From: a virus
Strand: one strand, 5' to 3'
UHGV virus genome: UHGV-0205415
Length of the DNA stretch: 39,456 nt
In this document: positions 28,825 through 37,006 of the stretch, piece after piece
Layout of the letters: each line of letters opens with the position of its first letter
How positions within the stretch are numbered: the stretch's first letter is position 1
Program-made: the position numbers and the translations under genes
Notes under the pieces: model-generated
What the model saw: only the letters and a program-made list of their open reading frames with translations
What the model was told of the DNA's origin: nothing
Database searches by the model: none

Positions 28825-29016
28825 TTATTTTTTATGCCTGTAACCCCATTCTTCCAGCAACCTTGCGGCGTACCACCCAAGAAACAAAGGAAAGAACATT
28901 ACAATGAGATATTCCCCGCCACGGTCAATGTTCGAAATTGACCAGATTACGATGTAACCAGTGCAGGACAGGAATATTACAAACCCCAAAAAGCTACTTC
29001 GTCGACTCATGCTCAC
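28825..29016 (-). CDS. small membrane protein (two hydrophobic segments)
   Basis: ORF track; hydrophobicity only. Confidence 0.35.
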   Translation of the reverse strand: MSMSRRSSFLGFVIFLSCTGYIVIWSISNIDRGGEYLIVMFFPLFLGWYAARLLEEWGYRHKK

Positions 29017-29297
29017 TCCTTCACTTTGATTCCAGCGGCGCGGATGGATTCATCGATATCGTCACGGTCGTACACAGCAATAGCATCACTGACAAACCAT
29101 ACAGGCAACTCAATTTCAATAGCTGCTCGCGATGCCTGCCACGTTTGCCAGTGGCCTTGAACATCGTCCATCACGTATTGACCACCAATATCACCACTGC
29201 CAATTTCATGGTGATTTTCAGGGTAACGGATAAGGTCTGATGATTCGCCTCCACGTCGCAACCAACTTTCTTCAAACTGCTTTCTTGATTCGTCCAT
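29013..29297 (-). CDS. hypothetical acidic protein
   Basis: ORF track; overlaps neighbours by 4 nt. Confidence 0.4.
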   Translation of the reverse strand: MDESRKQFEESWLRRGGESSDLIRYPENHHEIGSGDIGGQYVMDDVQGHWQTWQASRAAIEIELPVWFVSDAIAVYDRDDIDESIRAAGIKVKE

Positions 29298-29314
29298 CGA
29301 TACTTACCCTCAGT

Positions 29315-29521
29315 TCAACTCACAAAACGCCACGCCATTTTTGCTACAGCGACAGGCATAACACCGATAATCACCCAGACAAATGCAGCGCCAAACAACG
29401 TATACCATGGTTCTTTACCGTCATTCACAAGACGAATGTAGCTATGCAGAACAATAAAAAACGTCAGAAGAATCCATCCAACGCCAACGAATTTGAGTGC
29501 GACGAGCATAAACTCAGCCAC
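29315..29521 (-). CDS. small membrane protein (two hydrophobic segments)
   Basis: ORF track; GTG start; hydrophobicity. Confidence 0.4.
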   Translation of the reverse strand: MAEFMLVALKFVGVGWILLTFFIVLHSYIRLVNDGKEPWYTLFGAAFVWVIIGVMPVAVAKMAWRFVS

Positions 29522-29535
29522 GATTCACCATCCCC

Positions 29536-29568
29536 CAAATAAAAAGGCCTGCGATTACCAGCAGGCCT
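29536..29568 (-). terminator. intrinsic terminator downstream of helicase gene (tR2-like position)
   Basis: Perfect 8-bp stem AGGCCTGC/GCAGGCCT followed on minus strand by TTTTTATTT. Confidence 0.6.
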
Positions 29569-29596
29569 GTTATTAGCTCAGTGATGTAGATGGTCA

Positions 29597-32062
29597 TCAG
29601 AATCCTCCTTTCTTCTTGGACTGCGGTTCCTCGCGTTCACGGCGGCGCATTTCAGCAGACTGTTGGTCTGTGTCATAAATAGCGCCATTTGCCTGAATGC
29701 AATACACCGTGCCGGTATTGCCATGACGATTGAGACGAAGGATTAGTTCGGTTTCACCAGGTGGAACACTGTCATCAAAAGCACCTTCACGATGGATCCC
29801 CACCCAATAATCGCAATCCTGTTCAATCTGCCCTGTATCTCGTGAGTCACTTGGTAATGGGCGTTTATTGGTTCGGCTTTCCAGTGCGCGGTTAAGCTGC
29901 GTCAGAAGCACAACAACGCAATCAAGCTCTTTGGCAAGGTTCTTCAGTCCTTTGGTGATCATGCCGTAAGCAAGGTCGTTGCGATCGGCCTTCTCAGCGG
30001 TCATTAGTGTCAGGTAATCGACCAGAATCATGCCAACACATCCTTTTTCTCGCTTGATTCGACGGCTTTCGCTAACGATTTGAGCCAGAGATAATCCCGG
30101 CGTGTCGTCGATGTAAAGCAGGTCGATTTCACTCAAACGATTAGCTGTTTCGATCGCCCTGTTGAAGTCACCATCGTAATCACCCTGATAGCCGTCATCA
30201 GCGTCATTTGTCGCCGGAAGGTAAAAAATATTCGGGTTAACACCAGACTTCTGCCCTACCAGTTTTTCCAGTATCTGATCACCTGGCATTTCAAGGCTGA
30301 ACATCAGAGCGGGCTTTTTCTCATGCACTGCGCAGTTGATTGCCATCTGGCTGTATAGCGTGGTGTTGTGGGTTAGAATGTATCCGTCAGTTGCATACAA
30401 ATGTCTCTCGTGGGATACCATGATGCAAATGCACTCTTCACGTCCAATATACTCAACCGACGTGATAACAGGCGCACTTGTTTTGATGCGTTTTGCAGTG
30501 AATTTTTGCTTCAGGCGTGGAGATTTTATGTGTGATAGAACCTCATCAGGCAACCTGATTGCGCAAATATGGGCATCCATACCTTTGCGCATTTCTCCCT
30601 TATAACTGAATTTCGGCTCCTGTTTGGTTGTCATACGACACACGCCACCAAGAGAATGCACCAGCCGCTTTACACCATCTGACAGGAACTTGCTTGCCGA
30701 GCTAAAGCGCAGGGCATTATTTCCTTCAACCCAACCATCGGTTTCAAGTAATCCGCATAGAACATCAATACGAGTTTGCTTATCAGCAGAAAAAATAATA
30801 TCCGGGATAATTTTAATCTCTGACATCCGGCCGTAGATACCAAGCCGTTGCATAACCCGCGTAAGAGATAATTTGCGGCTAAACTTGTGAGATAGGGAGT
30901 AATCGCAGCCAGAAACATGCCTGACTTCAATATCGTCACCCACTTCAGATCTTACTCGCTCAATGATGTATGGTTCCGTCATGCTGATTCGTGGCGTACC
31001 TGCAAGATTTCCATCGCCAAGTAACGCACCTAACAGCCATGGGCTAATCCCTAAATCAACAGGCAATCCGAAGTCACCGCTAATACCAGGAACATGAATG
31101 CGGCTTTGATAGCGAACGCATTCCATCATGTCCCGTAGGCGGCAGGTGTCTACAACATCAACGCCACCGGTAATACGGTTACTATGAATTTCCCACAAAT
31201 GATCATCCGCGCAATCAACGGTTCTTCCGTCAGAGAACGTAACTCGGTAAATATCTCGCTCCCCTTGAGGAAAAACTCCAGACACGAATGATGGTTGTCC
31301 ATCCACTGATGCTAGGGAATCTCCAACACATACGTCACGAAATGTTGTCCATGAACCATCAGCAAGCAAAATGCGTGAATTAAGCGGTTGCGCTTTCCCC
31401 ATCTTAGGGCGAGCGCCAATGACAAACAGAGAGCCTTTCACCAGACCTTTCGGTGACAGCATCCTGTCCAGCGATGGGATCCCTGTGCTCATTCCTCGTT
31501 GTTCGCCTGACGGGTCAAATCGCTTCTCAAGGTCGCTAACCCAGTCTTCCATGACCTCACCAAATGAGCGAAGGCCGCGACGCGATCCGGTTTTTGCATG
31601 GTCTGTCAGTTGCGTGAAAATCGCCTGAATAGCTTCGTACTTCTGCGTTGCAGTCATTCCGTTGCGGGAATAGAGCAATTCCGTCGCTTCAGTCATGCGG
31701 TTGATGGCGTAGCGTTCCATTGCGGTTTCACGAACCTGCATTGCATAGGCAACGATGTTTGCTGCGCTTGGCGTGTTCTTTGCGATCTCAGCGATATAAG
31801 CAAAACCGCCAACAGACGCCGTTAACGATTTACGCTCCAGTTCATCGAAAAGCGTCAGGCCATCTACTGGCTTTTGCTCCCGGTGCATTCTGGTTATTTC
31901 TTCGAAAAGGATTTTGTGTGGTCGGCAGTAAAATGAATCAGGCTTCAGCATCGCCAGAACTTTCTGGACGCGCTCACTGCTGTCATCATCCAGAAGCAAT
32001 CCACCAATCACCGCCTGCTCTGCCTCGATGCTATGGGGCGGCGCATAAAAATTATCGGTCAT
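29597..32062 (-). CDS. replicative DnaB-family helicase interrupted by an intein
   Basis: ORF 29597..32077; ATG at 32062 after GAGGGTG; DnaB motifs GARPKMGK ... TTLYSQMAINCAV ... LMFSLEMP flank a 343-aa insertion. Confidence 0.85.
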   Translation of the reverse strand: MTDNFYAPPHSIEAEQAVIGGLLLDDDSSERVQKVLAMLKPDSFYCRPHKILFEEITRMHREQKPVDGLTLFDELERKSLTASVGGFAYIAEIAKNTPSAANIVAYAMQVRETAMERYAINRMTEATELLYSRNGMTATQKYEAIQAIFTQLTDHAKTGSRRGLRSFGEVMEDWVSDLEKRFDPSGEQRGMSTGIPSLDRMLSPKGLVKGSLFVIGARPKMGKAQPLNSRILLADGSWTTFRDVCVGDSLASVDGQPSFVSGVFPQGERDIYRVTFSDGRTVDCADDHLWEIHSNRITGGVDVVDTCRLRDMMECVRYQSRIHVPGISGDFGLPVDLGISPWLLGALLGDGNLAGTPRISMTEPYIIERVRSEVGDDIEVRHVSGCDYSLSHKFSRKLSLTRVMQRLGIYGRMSEIKIIPDIIFSADKQTRIDVLCGLLETDGWVEGNNALRFSSASKFLSDGVKRLVHSLGGVCRMTTKQEPKFSYKGEMRKGMDAHICAIRLPDEVLSHIKSPRLKQKFTAKRIKTSAPVITSVEYIGREECICIMVSHERHLYATDGYILTHNTTLYSQMAINCAVHEKKPALMFSLEMPGDQILEKLVGQKSGVNPNIFYLPATNDADDGYQGDYDGDFNRAIETANRLSEIDLLYIDDTPGLSLAQIVSESRRIKREKGCVGMILVDYLTLMTAEKADRNDLAYGMITKGLKNLAKELDCVVVLLTQLNRALESRTNKRPLPSDSRDTGQIEQDCDYWVGIHREGAFDDSVPPGETELILRLNRHGNTGTVYCIQANGAIYDTDQQSAEMRRREREEPQSKKKGGF
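30365..31393 (-). mobile_element. intein with LAGLIDADG homing endonuclease motifs inserted in helicase Walker A (P-loop)
   Basis: Insertion between GK and TT of P-loop; ends in THN with Thr as +1 residue; LLGALLGDGN and LCGLLETDGW motifs; begins with Ala (no Cys/Ser nucleophile). Confidence 0.75.
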
Positions 32063-32951
32063 CGTGTTCACCCTCACGAACTTTCAGGTAGGTATTATCG
32101 TTAAGCAGGAAATCAAATCCCTTTTTGTGCCAGACGGTTCCGCGCTGATGGTTTGGGCGCTCTTCGAACATCCATCGGCAATTTTCGCCTACGTAGCTCA
32201 AATAATTTCTCCAGTCCTGCATCGTGAACCCATGCCCGTCAAGCTGGCGGGTTATCACTCCGGCTTTGCGCCAGAACGTTCGGATCTGGTTTTTACGCTT
32301 GTCATTCAGTGCGCGGATTTTTGGCGCTTCAGGAAGGATTTCGTGGTAAGCATCGACAACATCCTGACAGCTAACGGAAGGTTTTTTCTTGTCAGACTTT
32401 TTGTCTGCTGCGGTACTCTCTAATACGTCAGTATTAGAGATAATATTATTATATTCTTTATCTGTGGTAATTTGCTGGTAATCTGCTGGTACAGTATTGC
32501 TTGCAGGCATTGGTATTGCTGGCTTTGAGGTGGTAATTTGCTGGTAATCTGCTGGTACAAAATTTGACTGATAATCGTCATATTTCTCTACCGAGAAAAC
32601 TGAGAATTTACCGTGTGAAACCCAGTCAATCATGCCGAGTTTTTTGAACTTTCTAAGCAGGTACTGAACGCGATCTGGTTTGAGTCCTGTTTCAAACGCC
32701 AGAGAGTTTCTACCGCCAAGTAGCTTCCCTCTGCCTACCAGAATTTCTCCTGCGTCAGTCATTACATACTCAGGCGTATGCTTTGCTTTGAGGATTAAGT
32801 GAACCCACAGATGCGCAGCTTCTGCGTCCTTGTAAAACGGCACATCCATAATTTTACGGTGCAGCAAGGCATACCCCTTACCGCTGCTTTGATGCGGTTG
32901 TTGTAGCCTTCTGGCCTCTCTGGCTTCGGCTAGATTAGATATGTTACTCAT
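32052..32951 (-). CDS. replication initiator (O / P22 gp18-like) containing origin iterons
   Basis: Position upstream of helicase; internal DNA iterons encode repeated peptide [10 protein letters not shown]. Confidence 0.6.
   Translation of the reverse strand: MSNISNLAEAREARRLQQPHQSSGKGYALLHRKIMDVPFYKDAEAAHLWVHLILKAKHTPEYVMTDAGEILVGRGKLLGGRNSLAFETGLKPDRVQYLLRKFKKLGMIDWVSHGKFSVFSVEKYDDYQSNFVPADYQQITTSKPAIPMPASNTVPADYQQITTDKEYNNIISNTDVLESTAADKKSDKKKPSVSCQDVVDAYHEILPEAPKIRALNDKRKNQIRTFWRKAGVITRQLDGHGFTMQDWRNYLSYVGENCRWMFEERPNHQRGTVWHKKGFDFLLNDNTYLKVREGEHDDR
32420..32565. repeat. candidate origin of replication: two identical 29-bp repeats (32465..32493, 32531..32559) built from TGCTGGTA-type iterons plus adjacent AT-rich tract
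   Basis: Direct repeats and AT-rich stretch 32425..32460 read from sequence. Confidence 0.6.
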
Positions 32952-33090
32952 GACCTTTCTCCTTCTGCATCAGCTTCACTTTTTCCAACTCAGCCCGGAA
33001 TCGACCAGGCTGCTTGAAGCTGGACAGGAAGCGATCACGTAGTATGTGTTTGTGAATTTTGTCCTGGTAAGGACTGAGTTGTTTTGTCAT
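32944..33090 (-). CDS. small 48-aa ORF between cII and replication initiator (below track cutoff)
   Basis: ATG at 33090 six nt after AGGAG; stop overlaps initiator start; function unknown. Confidence 0.25.
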   Translation of the reverse strand: MTKQLSPYQDKIHKHILRDRFLSSFKQPGRFRAELEKVKLMQKEKGHE

Positions 33091-33094
33091 AATG

Positions 33095-33168
33095 ACTCCT
33101 GTGGATTGATCCAGTCTTTCTACATCAGGCCTCGAAGAATTCGCCGTTCTTCGGGGCTTTTTCTTTTG
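33095..33168 (+). ncRNA. candidate oop-like antisense RNA ending in a terminator inside the cII 3' end
   Basis: Hairpin CTCGAAGAA-ttcgccg-TTCTTCGGG followed by CTTTTTTCTTTT on plus strand at 33131..33168; analogous to lambda oop. Confidence 0.3.
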
Positions 33169-33403
33169 TCAGCATTCTGGCTACTTTCTTAGCCAGTTCC
33201 GCCAACTCCTCGTCTTCAACACCCCATTCAAGAACAGCCAGAAGCATTCCCATTTTTGGGATGAAGCTGTCTTTCCATCGCGAAATTTGCGATTCATTAA
33301 TCCCTAACGCGTCGGCAACCTTTCGCTGACCACGTACAGCAATTCGATTCAGGATGTTGCTTGTAATTGCATTCGCTTTCTTGCGAGTACTTGTAAGTTG
33401 CAT
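33125..33403 (-). CDS. cII: CII-like transcriptional activator
   Basis: SQISRWK...[10 protein letters not shown] motif as in lambda CII. Confidence 0.8.
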   Translation of the reverse strand: MQLTSTRKKANAITSNILNRIAVRGQRKVADALGINESQISRWKDSFIPKMGMLLAVLEWGVEDEELAELAKKVARMLTKEKAPKNGEFFEA

Positions 33404-33420
33404 ATGTAAGTATTTCCTTA

Positions 33421-33454
33421 ACTAATAAGAAGTTATGCGCATCAACTTATGCGC
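33421..33454 (-). terminator. tR1-like terminator candidate between nutR and cII
   Basis: GCGCA/TGCGC hairpin with moderately U-rich tail on minus strand; weak. Confidence 0.3.
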
Positions 33455-33461
33455 GTTGTAT

Positions 33462-33505
33462 TCCCGCATTTCGGCGGGAATGAGGACCATGACTGTTAAA
33501 GAGCG
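33462..33505 (-). promoter_or_regulatory. nutR: boxA (CGCTCTTTAACAG) followed by boxB hairpin
   Basis: boxA matches lambda consensus; boxB stem-loop TCCCGC-cgaaat-GCGGGA, the same sequence as in nutL. Confidence 0.55.
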
Positions 33506-33511
33506 GTGTTA

Positions 33512-33712
33512 CTATTTGTTTTTCTTGTTGCTTGGGAAAGGACGAACTTCCTCTCCAATCACACTGCCATCAGGCTTTACCGTAACCATAATGTTACGGC
33601 CTGCCAGAATGGCCTTGCTGATAGCGCACTGGATTACACCAAAGTCACTGGCTGCTTTAGCCTGTCCATGGATTTTGGCGTAATCGGCAAGTGTCATTCG
33701 AATCATATGCAC
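33512..33712 (-). CDS. cro: Cro repressor
   Basis: [20 protein letters not shown]...FPSNKK resembles lambda Cro. Confidence 0.85.
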   Translation of the reverse strand: MHMIRMTLADYAKIHGQAKAASDFGVIQCAISKAILAGRNIMVTVKPDGSVIGEEVRPFPSNKKNK

Positions 33713-33735
33713 TCTCCGTTATTAACCATGAACAA

Positions 33736-33806
33736 AGAATACTACAGGTATTCAAAGCAATCAATACTTAGGGTATTTTTAGTTTAAGTACCTTAGCTAT
33801 TAGAAT
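33736..33806. promoter_or_regulatory. OR region: three 15-bp operators of type AATACnnnnnGTATT (33738..33752, 33763..33777, weaker 33787..33801) with divergent pR and pRM
   Basis: Operators spaced about 25 bp; pR -35 TTGATT and -10 TATTCT overlap first two; TAGAAT 7 nt before cI ATG suggests leaderless cI mRNA. Confidence 0.6.
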
Positions 33807-33812
33807 TAAGCT

Positions 33813-34529
33813 ATGGAAAATAAAAAATCACTGACGACAGAACAGCTGGAAGACGCTAAGCGGCTTAAGGCTTTGTATGAGTCAAAAAAGAAAGAATTGG
33901 GAATAACCCAATACTCAATCGCTGATGAACTGGGTATCACCCAAGGAGCGGTAGGGCATTATCTTAATGGCAGAAATGCGCTAAACGTTGAGGTTGCATC
34001 TGGTTTTGCACGATTGTTGCAAGTCTCAATTGCTGATTTTAGCCAGTCAATTGCTGCCAAGGTTGCAGAACAGGCAGAAAGCCTTAAGAGCGATGCCAAC
34101 GTAAGGTATGCAGGGGAATACAGAGCAGGAAAGAGGTATCCGGTGTTAAGCAGTATCCAGGCTGGCTCGTGGTGTGAAGCATGCGAACCATACACCATTA
34201 AAGACATAGATGTTTGGCTTGAGTCTGACGCGCATATTCAAGGTAATGCGTTCTGGCTTAAAGTGGAAGGTGATTCAATGACGGCACCGGTTGGGTTAAG
34301 CATTCCAGAGGGAACATTCGTTCTTTTCGATACCGGAAGGGAGGCGATCAACGGCAGCTTGGTCATAGCAAAACTTTCTGACTCTAACGAAGCAACATTC
34401 AAGAAGCTGATAATCGACGGTGGAAATAAATACCTCAAGGGACTTAATCCTGCATGGCCTCTCGTGCCAATCAATGGAAACTGCAAGATTATAGGCGTTG
34501 CAATTGAGACAAAACTCAGACTGGTTTGA
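33813..34529 (+). CDS. cI: CI repressor (HTH plus S24 LexA-like autocleavage domain)
   Basis: LTTEQLEDAKRLKALYE N-terminus and C-terminal FWLKVEGDSM...FKKL resemble lambda CI. Confidence 0.9.
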   Translation: MENKKSLTTEQLEDAKRLKALYESKKKELGITQYSIADELGITQGAVGHYLNGRNALNVEVASGFARLLQVSIADFSQSIAAKVAEQAESLKSDANVRYAGEYRAGKRYPVLSSIQAGSWCEACEPYTIKDIDVWLESDAHIQGNAFWLKVEGDSMTAPVGLSIPEGTFVLFDTGREAINGSLVIAKLSDSNEATFKKLIIDGGNKYLKGLNPAWPLVPINGNCKIIGVAIETKLRLV

Positions 34530-34547
34530 TCACGCAAGGGGGCGCTT

Positions 34548-34916
34548 ATGGTTGGAACCGCTATAGCAAGCTTTTTTGGGATGTTGGCAATCTCGACAAT
34601 TTACGGCTTAGCGCATGCTTTTATTGCGAAATCTCTATCAGAAAAAATAAGCCAGGCTTGGGCGCATAGATCAGCTCGTTTCATGATTCTGGTGATCATA
34701 GCAATACAAGGGATATCTGTATTTATCCTCTATGGATCAAGCTTATACCTATTGTATCAAGGCGCGACATTTACGCCTTACACCAGTGATTACGGAACTC
34801 TATACGATGGTAGTGAAGACATCACTGTGGCTTGGATCGTCTTTGGTTTATCTATGGCCGTGTCTGTTGTAGCAGACATCATTAAGGTAATTCTCGTCTT
34901 AACCTTCGCTGACTAA
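34548..34916 (+). CDS. three-transmembrane-segment membrane protein immediately downstream of cI (rex position)
   Basis: AAGGGGG RBS; three long hydrophobic segments; co-oriented with cI, 18 nt after its stop. Confidence 0.5.
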   Translation: MVGTAIASFFGMLAISTIYGLAHAFIAKSLSEKISQAWAHRSARFMILVIIAIQGISVFILYGSSLYLLYQGATFTPYTSDYGTLYDGSEDITVAWIVFGLSMAVSVVADIIKVILVLTFAD

Positions 34917-35002
34917 CCTATAATCCCGGCAGCAATAGCTATCGGGATCCACTTCACATATCCCGCATAAAAAGCACTGAACAAGCAGACACCGAAAAAA
35001 TA

Positions 35003-35089
35003 AATATCCTTTGTATTCATCTGTTTATCATTATTCCATCAAAAATAAATACCCTGGGTATTTACACAATAAAATACCTACAGTATTCT
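35003..35089 (+). promoter_or_regulatory. OL region and pL: operators AATATCCTTTGTATT, AATACCCTGGGTATT, AATACCTACAGTATT; pL -35 TTTACA, -10 TATTCT
   Basis: Same operator family as OR; promoter hexamers 17 nt apart overlapping operators. Confidence 0.55.
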
Positions 35090-35134
35090 TTAGCCATCAG
35101 CAGGACGCTGGTAGCCAAACGGAACAGATTGGCA

Positions 35135-35176
35135 GGCTCTTTAACATTGATGGGATTGTCCCGCCGAAATGCGGGA
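35135..35176 (+). promoter_or_regulatory. nutL: boxA-like GGCTCTTTAACA and boxB hairpin TCCCGC-cgaaat-GCGGGA
   Basis: Identical boxB sequence to nutR; located between pL and N. Confidence 0.5.
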
Positions 35177-35283
35177 ACCAAAGAGTAGTTGGCTTTGGGG
35201 TGATGTGAAGTGCAGCTGCACGACGGCAACCGGAAGATAAGCACCCGGCGCGTCACCGCCAAAGTCAATCATCGGAGGTCAGC

Positions 35284-35583
35284 ATGACAGTAGTCATTAC
35301 ATATCTGGCTGACGATAACGCCAGAAATCGCCGCAGAGCACGCAGACAGGATCAACGTGAACAGGCAATGCAAGAACAGCGACTGGCGCGAAAAATTGCG
35401 CTAAAGCTCTCTGGTTGCGTCAGAGCAGACAAAGCAGCATCACTCGGAAGCCTTCGCTGCAAGAAGACAGAAGAAGTCGAGAGTAAACAGAATCGTATTT
35501 ACTACCGCAAGCCACGCAGTGAAATGGGTGTGACTTGTGTTGGTCGCCAGAAAATGAAATTAGGCAGCAAACCACTTATTTGA
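35284..35583 (+). CDS. N: N-like antiterminator
   Basis: Arg-rich motif NARNRRRARRQ near N-terminus, C-terminus GVTCVGRQKMKLGSKPLI like lambda N; GGAGG RBS. Confidence 0.75.
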   Translation: MTVVITYLADDNARNRRRARRQDQREQAMQEQRLARKIALKLSGCVRADKAASLGSLRCKKTEEVESKQNRIYYRKPRSEMGVTCVGRQKMKLGSKPLI

Positions 35584-35594
35584 GAGGAATTAAT

Positions 35595-36218
35595 ATGTCA
35601 TCAATCCGCTTAACTACGAGAATGAAAGAGGAAATCGCTCGTAACGCTTTAATTAAGTCTGGGGTTTTCACTGAACTTGAAGAAGTAACAAAGTTAAAGA
35701 ACCAGCTTGCACTTGACGCCAGAGTTATTGCGTTTGGCGGTAAAAAGAAAACTGAGGAAGTGGATCAGTTATCATCCAAGTTGGTAGCTATAAGTGAAGA
35801 ACTTGAAAAGATGGGATGTTCATTTTACTCATACGATGTTCGTTCTACTTCAATTTATCTTACTGTATCTGGCAGAAGGGTTGGATGGCATTCATATGGG
35901 AAAGACGGCAACGGCGAAGATATATTGCTCCCTACTCCGACAAAAGATAAATGCATGTTTGACGCAGAGCACGAAATAACAAAAAGGTTTGATGAAATCT
36001 GCGCATTACAACAAAAATTTGAAGCCAAGAAAAAGGATATCGAATCAAATGTATGGGCTGCTTTAAACTCAGTCACAACAGTTAAGCGACTCATTGAAGT
36101 TTGGCCTGAAAGCAAAGAATTGCTACCAAAAGAAGCAGATAAAGCAAGTGCAGCACTTCCTGCTTTACGGGTAGAAGATTTGAATAAGATGATTGGACTT
36201 CCTTCCGAGGCCGCGTAG
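35595..36218 (+). CDS. hypothetical 207-aa protein directly downstream of N
   Basis: ORF 35535..36218; ATG at 35595 after GAGAGGA; no family recognised. Confidence 0.5.
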   Translation: MSSIRLTTRMKEEIARNALIKSGVFTELEEVTKLKNQLALDARVIAFGGKKKTEEVDQLSSKLVAISEELEKMGCSFYSYDVRSTSIYLTVSGRRVGWHSYGKDGNGEDILLPTPTKDKCMFDAEHEITKRFDEICALQQKFEAKKKDIESNVWAALNSVTTVKRLIEVWPESKELLPKEADKASAALPALRVEDLNKMIGLPSEAA

Positions 36219-36233
36219 TCGGCCTTTATTTTT
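36208..36233 (+). terminator. tL-type terminator overlapping the stop codon of the preceding gene
   Basis: AGGCCG-cgtagt-CGGCCT followed by TTATTTTTGG. Confidence 0.5.
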
Positions 36234-36352
36234 GGCATAAACAACAGAATAAACACTGCACTGTGTATTCATTCCCTCGAGTGAATACACGGAGCAATGT
36301 CGCTCGTAACTAAACAGGAGCCGACTTGTTCTGATTATTGGAAATCTTCTTT

Positions 36353-36376
36353 GCCCTCCAATGTGAGGGCTTTTTT
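36353..36376 (+). terminator. strong intrinsic terminator upstream of cIII
   Basis: GCCCTC-caatgtg-AGGGC followed by TTTTTT. Confidence 0.65.
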
Positions 36377-36442
36377 ATATGCATACCAATAACGCTTCAC
36401 TAGAGGCGTTTTCGTTATGCAATCAAACAGAAGGAGCATCCT

Positions 36443-36613
36443 ATGCAACAGTTCGCTATTGCAGGGGCGGCATCGGTTCGCCCTTTCAACCCGATTTTAT
36501 CGGTACAGCATTCACGAAAAAACATTTTAACCGGAGCAGACTTTAAACAACCAAGAATGAAAAGTTTGCTCGAAAAGCTTTGGGATATTTTGAAACAACA
36601 AGGCCGCCCATGA
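36443..36613 (+). CDS. cIII: CIII-like protease inhibitor (56 aa, below track cutoff)
   Basis: AAGGAG RBS; MQQFAIAG N-terminus and KSLLEKLWDIL helix resemble lambda CIII (recalled). Confidence 0.55.
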   Translation: MQQFAIAGAASVRPFNPILSVQHSRKNILTGADFKQPRMKSLLEKLWDILKQQGRP

Positions 36614-36714
36614 GTTTTACAGATAACTGGTCAGACGAAGAATTCATTCGTCAGATGAACAAAATGCTCAATCAGCACAAAGAACAGGAGAAAGATGATG
36701 ATTCTGACTCTGAA
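36610..36714 (+). CDS. small acidic 34-aa ORF translationally coupled to cIII
   Basis: ATGA overlap with cIII stop; speculative. Confidence 0.2.
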
Positions 36715-37006
36715 TGATAAGCGTGAAATATCGCAAATAATCGCAAGTTTTACTGATGAAGATTACGAGCGAATCAACAGTGAAGTTGATCGTCTCTGCA
36801 AACGTTGCGACCCAATAAGCGAAATGCTTCGCTCATATAAACCAGATGAACACACTAAGGACGCTATCGACTGGCTGGAAGATGATGACTGTAACTATCA
36901 GGAAAAAGCCGCTGAATGGTTCTGGGATGCAATAACCGAAAGAGTTAAGGCTGAATATGCCTTCGCAATATTCAAACGCAGACACATTTATGGAGAAGCA
37001 GCATGA
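36695..37006 (+). CDS. hypothetical protein
   Basis: AGGAGA RBS 5 nt before ATG; ORF track. Confidence 0.45.
   Translation: MMILTLNDKREISQIIASFTDEDYERINSEVDRLCKRCDPISEMLRSYKPDEHTKDAIDWLEDDDCNYQEKAAEWFWDAITERVKAEYAFAIFKRRHIYGEAA

Noticed and set aside
32465-32559. Direct repeats considered as a CRISPR array
   Set aside because: Only two identical 29-bp copies, inside a coding sequence, with iteron substructure and adjacent AT-rich tract; fits a replication origin
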